This document shows positions 16,446 to 25,066 of a DNA stretch of 32,498 nt, one piece after another. Each line of letters starts with the position of its first letter. Position 1 is the first letter of the stretch. The translations under genes and the position numbers were made by a program. This DNA comes from a virus (taxonomy: Duplodnaviria > Caudoviricetes): positions 1 through 32,498 of IMG/VR virus record IMGVR_UViG_3300043173_000082; one strand, written 5' to 3'. The notes beneath the pieces were generated by a model. It searched no databases, was not told where the DNA came from, and was given only the letters and a program-made list of their open reading frames with translations.

Positions 16446-19400
16446 TGACAATACTAACTCAAGCATGGTCGGATGTTGATGAAGAAACCGAGGAAGTAGT
16501 TCCTGGGCCTACTCCGTCAGCCCCTATGTTTGCTACAGAACCTGCTCCTGGAGTACCAGAAAAGCCAATAGCTGCACAACAGGAACCGGTGGATACTGAG
16601 GCACCTCCTCCTCCTCCTCCTTCGCCTAGCCCAAACATGGTATCGGTTGAGTGGCAGGGGGAAGGTGCTGAGGTTGATACTGCTGTAACTACAGAAGAAT
16701 CTGATGAAGACTTCCTTGCGCGTGCCCGTGGTGATATAGACCCTGTAAAAGCACCTGAAGAACGTGGATGGTGGAATAACTCCATGCGGATTATTGGTGA
16801 CAGGCTAGCAGGTGTCGGCGCTAATGTTGCCAAGTTAGTGACACAACTTGAGGATAAAGCTGAGGAGAAATTCGGCGGCCTTGGCGGTATATATTTTGAT
16901 GAGTCGGGTGTCAACTATGCTAGTCCTGATGAATGGCAAAAGATGCAGGACGCAGGTGAAGTAGACCTGTTTACCCGCCTTGGAGAGACTGATGAAGTTT
17001 CTCCATTCGGTGCTGAGAAGGATGCTGACTGGGAGGAAATGAAACGCCTCTTTAAGGAAGAAGGAGTCCTTAGTGGGGAAGCATGGCTGGAACTCGGTGA
17101 CTTTGCACAGGAGACCGGCGTTCAGTCTGTAGCAGATATGCTGGCTATCAGTCTCAGCTTGCCATTGTATGTAGCACAGTGGGCTGTAGACATAGGTAGA
17201 GACCGGGCTAAAAATCAAGGCGAGGAAGCTAGCCTCAAACATACTGTTGATGCTCTGCCCTGGGCGGCTGGTGCTGCGGCACTTGAGAAGTTTGGTGTGA
17301 AAGGCATAACAGGTGCCGGTAGAAATGTAGTTGAAAAAGCTGGTAAGGAAGCCTTGGATAAAGGTGTGCTTGCTGCTACTGCACGGGTTACAACGGAAGG
17401 TGGCAGGGCGGCTCGTAGAGAGGCTGGTACTGAGTTTGCTCAAGAACAAATTGAATATGCAGGTGAGGTTACAGGTACACCAGTACCATTTAATATTGCT
17501 GAAAGTCTTGAGCGTGGTGCTCAAGGTGCAGTAGGTGGCGGCGCTGCGGGTGGAGCAGGCGGTACGGCTGTAGCTGGGTACCGTGAGATTACACGTAAGA
17601 ATAAGAAGCAAGAGCTTGATATTATTGGCCCAGTTGATGACCAGGGCAAACCTTTACAGTATGTACCCGAGTCACAGGACTCCCTTGAAGCCCAGCTTGA
17701 GGCTATGCAGGAGGGCCATAAGCAAGGTGTGCTGGTCACCACTGGTGAGGCTATGCCGGACATACCTGATGGGTATACGGCTACTGAAATTGAGGGTGAG
17801 GGCACACTCATACATAAGGAAGGAGATACCCAGGCAGTTGAGCTGGCTACCTCTGGACGTATGGGCACAGTGTTGGGCTATGGTACTGACACGAAGCCGG
17901 AGAAAGCTGAGGCTGTAATCGTAGTAAAGGATGCCAAAGGCCGGACTATCAATGAGATAGCGGTTGATGACAGTAATGTTGATGCAGTTATAGAAGCCCA
18001 GCGGGGTATAGCAGAAGCAGGCGGGGCAGTAAATATCATGTCTGTAGATGATGCCCTTGCAAGCCGGGCCATAGACACCGATAAAGAGAAGGGGGTTATG
18101 GCTCCTGAGCAGATGCAGGAGATGGCTGAATACCTGAACATGGTCAGTGAGTCTGATAGTCCAGATGCGGCTAACCAGCTTCTTGATACAATCTCTAATG
18201 AATATGGCCCGAAGGTAGCTGGTGATATACAAAAGCTGGCATTAGGTACCCCGACAGCTGAGCCGGCGGCTCCCGTAGCGGCTGAAGCACCTGCTACAGT
18301 ACAGGAGCCAGGTGCACCAGGTGAGCCAGTAACGCCCGTAACAGAAGTGACGGTTGAGCAGGCCCGCGCCCAGGAGATTGTGCCGACACAATCAGATACT
18401 GCTGCTCCTGACAACACACCCCTAGCTAGGGAACTGGCTGGTGGTCTCAATACCTTCCTGAATGAGGATAAGAAGATACGGTCTGTCACCAGTCAGAAGG
18501 GGCGTGCCCGCAATATAACTGAAGGGCTGGGACTTCAGCAGTCTCCACTGATGGAGCGTATTGACCTTGTTGATAGTATGTTGGGAGCAATAGCAGCCCA
18601 ACTGGACACGCTGGCAGAACAGGGCTACAACATCAAGCCCCTCCGGGACATCTTTGTACGTAATACCCCCAAGGGTAAGCGCCGCATTGGCCTCAAGAAG
18701 GCACGTGAGGGCGGTGTACTGCGAAACATCGAGCTTAAACAGAAGGGTAGGGGTATCAGTGCTGGCATTGATGTAGAGGCGCTGGCGGCTGAGGACATAA
18801 CCGCGGCTGAGCAGGGGGGCGTAAGTCTTAAGCAGACAGGCCGGGTTACTAATGTCGTACTGGATGACATCGTACAGCGTATTAATGACAAGATGACTGA
18901 GGTCATGGAGACCGGCCCGGCCATAAAGACAGGTGCTATCCCTGGGGCTGCTGAGGGTAAGCCAAAGATATCGAAGAAGGCGGTCAAGAAGGTTGCCCCT
19001 AAACCGGTTGAGGCTGCACCCACCAAGGCTGCTGAGGCCAAGCAAATATCCCAGTTCCGTGCTGCTGAGCAGGCACCAGAGCCAGAGGTAGTCATTGGCC
19101 GCGGGGGCACGGCGGAGGTATCAAAGAAAGGGGAAGAAACACGGGTAGCACGTAAAGAGCGCCTGAAAAAGGTTGCTGAGAAAAGGGCTGCGAAGGCTAA
19201 AGCCCCCAAGGTCGAAGAAGAAAAAGTACCTAAGCCAACCCCCAAGAAGCAGGTTGAGGCCAAGGAGATCGCTAAGAAGCGGACTCTGGGTATGCTGCAT
19301 GATACCGCCAAAGAAAAAGCCGCCGAGAAACTGAAGGCGCAACAGAAGAAGGAGACCCAGCAGCGTAAGGAAGCCAAGGAGGCTCGCCAGGAAAGGATGG

Positions 19401-22400
19401 AGGCCGCTACTAAGATTCTATCTAAAGAAGACATCGCCAGGGTAGAGGCGGAGCAAAGAGCTGCGGTCAAAGCTACTGAAATGAAGAAGGTCTCCGAGGA
19501 GAGAGCACGTAAGCAGCAGGCCGAGAAGACCACCGAGGCCATGGAGATGAAGCGCAAGGAGGCTGAGAAGAAACGCCGGGATGCCAGGGAGGCACCGGGG
19601 GTTGTTGTTCCTGAGACTGTGCCAGTAGCGGAGAGAAATGTAGATGGCCAGCAGTTCTATAACAGCTTGGGTCAAATCGTCACTGCTACAGGTAAAATGA
19701 AAGCGCGTGCCGGTGAAGCAATGATTCAGGTATTTACACCATGGACAGTTAAAGAACAGACCGAACAAAACAAGGCGGCTGAGAAAAGTGGTAACGTACC
19801 AACTAAAGGAAAGTATGACTGGTTACCTGAGTATGCATTACAGCCTATAACTAATGGAATTGTTGAACCGCCTGTACAGGTTACCAAAGGTAAAGCGGCG
19901 CGTAATACTGTCGATAATGTACGGCTTGTACATCCTAATGCTGGCACTGCCAAGTCCTTGAAAGGAGAGCAGGGCAATATTCTAAATGAAGTAGTGGACG
20001 CAGTAGTATCACCGGCTAATTCAAACGGGGATATGAACGGTGGGATTGATAAAAAATACATGGAACGCTGGCCGCGGATTGAGTCTATTGTTAAGGCTGA
20101 GATTGTTAAGCGGTATGGCAAAGGCCAGATGCCTATCGGTGATGCGTTTGTTGTTAAAACCGGTGATCCAAACATACCGAACCTTATTGTCTCGCCAACT
20201 ATGGCACAGGCTGGTGGGCAAACTGACGTCAAGATTGCAGGGCTAGCCACTATGGCTGCGCTCAAGGCAGCCGATGATGCAGGTCTTAAGTCGGTGACCT
20301 TCCCAGGTATGGGTACTGGCATTGGTAAGTTGAATCCACAAAAGGTAGGCGTGCAGATGGAGCTTGCCCAGGATTACTTTGAAGCCTATCAAGATGGCGA
20401 CCTGACATGGGAGCAGGCATTACGTGGGTATCGTGCTGGTGTTGATGTCAATGACCATATAAAAAATTCACAGATAGAGTTTCTGGACGCTAAACCCGCT
20501 ATACAACGCGGGGCATACGAACATAAGAAGGCTGCATCCAGAGAAATATCACCTGACAAAGAGCAGGTGTTCACTGGTGATATGCAGGAGATGGTTAAGA
20601 AAGCCAGGCAATGGCAGAAGGATGTACTTGCAGAAGCTAAAGCTGATGGGCGCAAGCTGGTTATATTATTTCATGGTACAGCCAAAAATTTCGTAGAGGG
20701 TGTATCAGAGAGACCCAAGTTATCTAACCCTAATAATGCACACCGTATCACATCAGGTGGTGGGATATATGCTACTCCTAACCCAGCTGACGCTATTCAA
20801 TTCGCTGGTCAACGATATGGTGGGGAGAGTACAGGCATAGTTGGGTGGGCTTGGTACGCTGATGAGTTTGCAGGGATGATGGATAGTAAGCAGGTGTCTG
20901 TCGGTGAAATGACATACATCAGCGACCCAAGAGATTTAGGAAGTAAGGCTGGCCGTATCACTGAATACTTCTTTGACCCTAAGATTATTGCCAGGCAATA
21001 CGATGTCATCATCCATCGGAGTATGGATACAGAAGCTCTTGTAAACATGAGTGTAGAAGAACGCCTCGATATACTTGATGGTCGTAATAAAGCCGCTACA
21101 TTAATGGAGCAGCAGTATAACGGTTATGGTGAGGCCACCGCTGATAATCTTGTAGGTGCCATACTAAGCGCACTTCATACCAGTGACCCCCTTGTGGAAG
21201 TCCTTAATGGAATAATAAACGCAGGGATAGGGCTGAGTGGTATTGATGTACGGGTAGTTAACTCGGCAGAGATGGAGAGTATGTCTGGTAATGCACTGGC
21301 ACACGGGGCATATGTGCGAGGGAGAAATAAACGTACAGGCCAGATAGTCCGTAGAATTTTAATGGGGGAAGCAGGGGTTGATACCCCGCGTAGTGTTAAG
21401 ACTTTAGTACATGAGCTTGTACACGCAGCTACTACAGAGGCATTAAAGACAGACAATAAGTTTGGTCGTAGGCTGAACCGGCTGTTCAAACATACCAAAT
21501 TCTATATGTCTGAAGACCAGTTGAAGGAATATGGGTTCACTAATATAGATGAGTTCATAGCGGAAGCCCTGACTAACGAAAAGTTCCAACGATTGCTGGC
21601 GTCTATACCACCACCTAGTCCTAGTGGGGCTAGTGCATGGACAGAGTTTGGGCAGGCGATTATGCGCTTACTGGGGATAAAGACCTGGGAAGGCGGCAGT
21701 GCGTTATCAGCAGTGTATACCTTAGCTCCTGACTTGATGATGCCGCAGAATGAAATTGAGGTTGGTATAGCTACGGGGTTTAATGATAGAGGGCTTTACA
21801 TAACTACCGCAGAAGAACGTACAGCTGTTGCAGAACAGATGGCGCAGGAGATGGAGGAAGCGCAGGTACTGTATTCAATGTCACCAGGTGAGCAGGCGCG
21901 TACACACAAAGAAAAGCCCGGCGATATTGAGTTCCTGCGTGCTATGCACCATAGGGGTGGTAGCCAGGTAGGTACACTGGCTGACAAGATTCGTAAGGTA
22001 CTGTCAGTCGCCCACCCTAGCCAGGTCAAGAGGTGGGCACGTGATCTGCGTAATGGGACAGTGAATATACGACTGGCCAACATGGCGGCTAGTGATATCC
22101 AGTACGCGCATGAAGAAAAGTTTGAGGGGATGTATCCAGATAAGAAGGATGCAGAGGGAAGGATGCAACCGGTTGATGGCAATCCTCTAAGGGATTACTT
22201 CCGGGCTATACAGAAGGAAGTTGGTACAGCAGGTAAGCTATTGGAAGTGGCGGACAAGATTGATGCCGCGTGGCGTAAGTGGGAACGGTTGGTAGCTGGT
22301 ACTGGCAAAGCTGAGACCCTGAATCGGATTATAGTTGAGTCAACGGCCCATGGTGTTGACCCTTCAGTGGCATGGATGCACCCTCTTAATAAGGCTGCCC

Positions 22401-25066
22401 GAGAGAATCGCAAAACAGGTAAGACCTCCAAGGAAGCACACGCTCGCCTACGTAGGGAGATGATATCCGTAGGGCATCAAGGTCAGCTTATGTATAAGCA
22501 GGCTCGTGACTTCTACAAGAGTACGTTTGACCAGATGCGTAGCCAGGTCGTGGATAACATGCTGGGAATATATGAGCTAGATGGCGTGCGTGGCCTCAAG
22601 CAGAGAATACTAGACTCCAGCAGCAAGCAAGACCTGAAAGAGATGCCGGCCCCCATGGTTACACGGACAGTGGACGGCGAAAGGAAGTCAGTACCGCTCC
22701 CATCATGGGACAAGGTAGTGCAGGCCATAGGCGGCATGTCAGATGTGTTAAACGCCCCCGGCCCGTACTTCCCGCAGATGCGCTTTGGCGAATATGTATA
22801 TGAGTACTACCAGACGACACCACATACTGGGTACGCATCACGCAGCGCCGCGGGGGATGCTGCACGTACCTTGCGGTCAGAATCCCTAGGCTCTAAAACC
22901 CATAACTTCACACAGGAAGAAGATGGTACGTGGGCGTTTGACCACACAGAAACAGGGTTCGGTTCAGCGGATAGCCAGAGTCTGGCGGAAGATGATATAA
23001 ATGCTCTTAGGGCACAAGGGTTCGAGACCAGTACGGTCAATAAGAAAGCTGAACATGAGTTCAGTGATGCGTCCAGCGTTGGCCAAATACTGGCGATGGC
23101 TGACAAGAAATTAAAAGGCAAGGGTGACGAGCGCAACAGGGCAGCACTACGTGAGGCTCTTATTACCATGCTGCCTGAGACATCCATGCAGAAGCGTATG
23201 CTCCGCAAAAAGAATATAAAGGGGGCTAGTGAGGATGGGCGCAGGGTGCTGGCTAACTATGCACAGTCAGCGGGTAAGCACCTGGCGCGATTGAAGCATC
23301 GTAAGGATGTGGACAAGGCATTGATAGGAATGGAGCAGGCGGGTAAGAAGGCTGCTAAAGAAGGTAGGGTTAGTAGCGGCAACATCCGTATGACTGATGT
23401 ATATAATGAAATCAACAAGCGTCACAACATGGATGATTCTACTGGCACGTTTGCTCAGTTCTCAGCTAAGGCTTCATTCCTGGGGATGATATTCTCACCC
23501 AGCTTTGCATTCCTGAATGCCACACAAACCATTGCTATGACACTGCCTGTACTATCAGGTGAATATGGTACGGGTAAGACACTGGTGGCTATGGCTGAGG
23601 CATACAAGCATATACTCGGCCCGGTAGCGAAGGGCATACTGGACACCAGGGCGGGCCTTAAGGGACTGTATGACGATATTGAAATAAATGAATTGCTGCC
23701 AAAAATTATTGAAGGGGTGCGGAAAACTGACACTGAGATGGCAGACATGCTGCAAGTTCTTATGGATAGAAAGATTCTGGATGCTACGTTCTCCATGGAA
23801 ATAAGTGAGACAGCCAAGGGTGGTAAGAAGTGGATAGGTGGCAAGACTACAGACGTACTGGTGGATGTAGGCCGTACTGCACCATACATCGTAGAGATTA
23901 TGAACCGCTCGGCGTCAGCCATGGCGGCCATAGACCTTGAACGTCAGAAAAATCCTAACAGTAGTGTTGAAGAAAAAATTGATAAGGCGCACAAGATAGT
24001 ATCAACCACACAGGTTGACTACTCCATGCGTAACCGCCCGAGGTGGTGGAAGCAGAATGATCTGACAAAAATAATGACCATCTTTAAGATGGTACCACTA
24101 GCTGTGTATATGATATTGGCCACTAACACACGCAAGCTGCTGGGGCCGAACGCTACGTTACAGCAGAGAAAGGAAGGCGCACGTACGTTTGCAATGATAG
24201 CGGCTACGCAGATGATACTGGCCGGTGGTGATGGACTGTTCGTTGAACCTATAAGGATTCTCATAGGGGCTATTGCAGCAATATTTGATGTAGACGAAGA
24301 CGATGATGACTTGCTCAGTGACCCTGATATGTTTTTACGTAACCTGGTATACGACATAACGGGTAGTGAGTCAGCGGCACGGGTAGCGCAAGGTGGCGTA
24401 TTTGCATTGGCTGGTTCAACCCTTGGACAACGTGCCAGCTTTGGGCACCTGTTCTTTATGCATGAACGTGGAGATACATGGGCAGAAGAACTGACCAACA
24501 CTATATTCAAGAGCCTAATGGGGCCAATGTTTGGTCAAACTGATTCAGTAACAACAGCATTCGCACACATGAGTAATGGTGGTAGTCCGTACAAGACCGC
24601 GGAGTACTTGTCGCCCAAGATTATTAAAGACCCGATGAAGGCATACAGATATAGTAAAGAGGGCATGACCGATTTCAATGGCAACCCAATACTGGAGCCG
24701 GAAGCATTTGATAACATGAATTTATTCATGAAATTTTTTGGGATGGGGAGTACAACAGAGAGTGATACGTATACAAAACGTAACATTTATCAGGAGACTA
24801 CCACGCGCAAGACTAATGCAATGCGGTCAGTGATTAACAGATATAAGAACATGAAGGATAAGGATGCGGCGCAGGTTATGCTTGATGAGTATAACGAGGG
24901 GCTATCGTCGGAAGACTTTCGTGACTACGGTGTACGGATGGGAACTATACGCAAGTCCGAACGGGCGCGTAGGAAGCAGGAACGCTTCACAGAAGGGGGC
25001 GTACCTTTTAGGAATAGGAGACAGCAGGCTCAGTTTGAACGCCGTATGCGTTCCTTTAAGGAATAG
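16445..25066 (+). CDS. Giant internal virion 'polyvalent' protein: macrodomain + ADP-ribosyltransferase-like + zincin metallopeptidase + PLxRFG-type region
   Basis: 2873 aa. SPANSNGDMNGGID (aa 1189 on) and FPGMGTGIG (1286 on); FHGT (H1410) with GIYAT (Y1442); HELVH (1656-1660) with EFIAE (1703-1707); YFPQMRFGEY (2108 on). Last gene of the virion operon. Confidence 0.85.
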   Translation: MTILTQAWSDVDEETEEVVPGPTPSAPMFATEPAPGVPEKPIAAQQEPVDTEAPPPPPPSPSPNMVSVEWQGEGAEVDTAVTTEESDEDFLARARGDIDPVKAPEERGWWNNSMRIIGDRLAGVGANVAKLVTQLEDKAEEKFGGLGGIYFDESGVNYASPDEWQKMQDAGEVDLFTRLGETDEVSPFGAEKDADWEEMKRLFKEEGVLSGEAWLELGDFAQETGVQSVADMLAISLSLPLYVAQWAVDIGRDRAKNQGEEASLKHTVDALPWAAGAAALEKFGVKGITGAGRNVVEKAGKEALDKGVLAATARVTTEGGRAARREAGTEFAQEQIEYAGEVTGTPVPFNIAESLERGAQGAVGGGAAGGAGGTAVAGYREITRKNKKQELDIIGPVDDQGKPLQYVPESQDSLEAQLEAMQEGHKQGVLVTTGEAMPDIPDGYTATEIEGEGTLIHKEGDTQAVELATSGRMGTVLGYGTDTKPEKAEAVIVVKDAKGRTINEIAVDDSNVDAVIEAQRGIAEAGGAVNIMSVDDALASRAIDTDKEKGVMAPEQMQEMAEYLNMVSESDSPDAANQLLDTISNEYGPKVAGDIQKLALGTPTAEPAAPVAAEAPATVQEPGAPGEPVTPVTEVTVEQARAQEIVPTQSDTAAPDNTPLARELAGGLNTFLNEDKKIRSVTSQKGRARNITEGLGLQQSPLMERIDLVDSMLGAIAAQLDTLAEQGYNIKPLRDIFVRNTPKGKRRIGLKKAREGGVLRNIELKQKGRGISAGIDVEALAAEDITAAEQGGVSLKQTGRVTNVVLDDIVQRINDKMTEVMETGPAIKTGAIPGAAEGKPKISKKAVKKVAPKPVEAAPTKAAEAKQISQFRAAEQAPEPEVVIGRGGTAEVSKKGEETRVARKERLKKVAEKRAAKAKAPKVEEEKVPKPTPKKQVEAKEIAKKRTLGMLHDTAKEKAAEKLKAQQKKETQQRKEAKEARQERMEAATKILSKEDIARVEAEQRAAVKATEMKKVSEERARKQQAEKTTEAMEMKRKEAEKKRRDAREAPGVVVPETVPVAERNVDGQQFYNSLGQIVTATGKMKARAGEAMIQVFTPWTVKEQTEQNKAAEKSGNVPTKGKYDWLPEYALQPITNGIVEPPVQVTKGKAARNTVDNVRLVHPNAGTAKSLKGEQGNILNEVVDAVVSPANSNGDMNGGIDKKYMERWPRIESIVKAEIVKRYGKGQMPIGDAFVVKTGDPNIPNLIVSPTMAQAGGQTDVKIAGLATMAALKAADDAGLKSVTFPGMGTGIGKLNPQKVGVQMELAQDYFEAYQDGDLTWEQALRGYRAGVDVNDHIKNSQIEFLDAKPAIQRGAYEHKKAASREISPDKEQVFTGDMQEMVKKARQWQKDVLAEAKADGRKLVILFHGTAKNFVEGVSERPKLSNPNNAHRITSGGGIYATPNPADAIQFAGQRYGGESTGIVGWAWYADEFAGMMDSKQVSVGEMTYISDPRDLGSKAGRITEYFFDPKIIARQYDVIIHRSMDTEALVNMSVEERLDILDGRNKAATLMEQQYNGYGEATADNLVGAILSALHTSDPLVEVLNGIINAGIGLSGIDVRVVNSAEMESMSGNALAHGAYVRGRNKRTGQIVRRILMGEAGVDTPRSVKTLVHELVHAATTEALKTDNKFGRRLNRLFKHTKFYMSEDQLKEYGFTNIDEFIAEALTNEKFQRLLASIPPPSPSGASAWTEFGQAIMRLLGIKTWEGGSALSAVYTLAPDLMMPQNEIEVGIATGFNDRGLYITTAEERTAVAEQMAQEMEEAQVLYSMSPGEQARTHKEKPGDIEFLRAMHHRGGSQVGTLADKIRKVLSVAHPSQVKRWARDLRNGTVNIRLANMAASDIQYAHEEKFEGMYPDKKDAEGRMQPVDGNPLRDYFRAIQKEVGTAGKLLEVADKIDAAWRKWERLVAGTGKAETLNRIIVESTAHGVDPSVAWMHPLNKAARENRKTGKTSKEAHARLRREMISVGHQGQLMYKQARDFYKSTFDQMRSQVVDNMLGIYELDGVRGLKQRILDSSSKQDLKEMPAPMVTRTVDGERKSVPLPSWDKVVQAIGGMSDVLNAPGPYFPQMRFGEYVYEYYQTTPHTGYASRSAAGDAARTLRSESLGSKTHNFTQEEDGTWAFDHTETGFGSADSQSLAEDDINALRAQGFETSTVNKKAEHEFSDASSVGQILAMADKKLKGKGDERNRAALREALITMLPETSMQKRMLRKKNIKGASEDGRRVLANYAQSAGKHLARLKHRKDVDKALIGMEQAGKKAAKEGRVSSGNIRMTDVYNEINKRHNMDDSTGTFAQFSAKASFLGMIFSPSFAFLNATQTIAMTLPVLSGEYGTGKTLVAMAEAYKHILGPVAKGILDTRAGLKGLYDDIEINELLPKIIEGVRKTDTEMADMLQVLMDRKILDATFSMEISETAKGGKKWIGGKTTDVLVDVGRTAPYIVEIMNRSASAMAAIDLERQKNPNSSVEEKIDKAHKIVSTTQVDYSMRNRPRWWKQNDLTKIMTIFKMVPLAVYMILATNTRKLLGPNATLQQRKEGARTFAMIAATQMILAGGDGLFVEPIRILIGAIAAIFDVDEDDDDLLSDPDMFLRNLVYDITGSESAARVAQGGVFALAGSTLGQRASFGHLFFMHERGDTWAEELTNTIFKSLMGPMFGQTDSVTTAFAHMSNGGSPYKTAEYLSPKIIKDPMKAYRYSKEGMTDFNGNPILEPEAFDNMNLFMKFFGMGSTTESDTYTKRNIYQETTTRKTNAMRSVINRYKNMKDKDAAQVMLDEYNEGLSSEDFRDYGVRMGTIRKSERARRKQERFTEGGVPFRNRRQQAQFERRMRSFKE

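Noticed and set aside
16604-16622. (CCT)n microsatellite
   Set aside because: A short in-frame poly-Pro run in a disordered N-terminus. It cannot cause phase variation.
16459-24786. Many long antisense ORFs inside the giant gene (e.g. 18625-19557, 16835-17611)
   Set aside because: These are shadow frames of Ala/Lys/Glu-rich coding sequence, giving Ser/Leu/Phe-rich translations with no motifs or convincing RBS.
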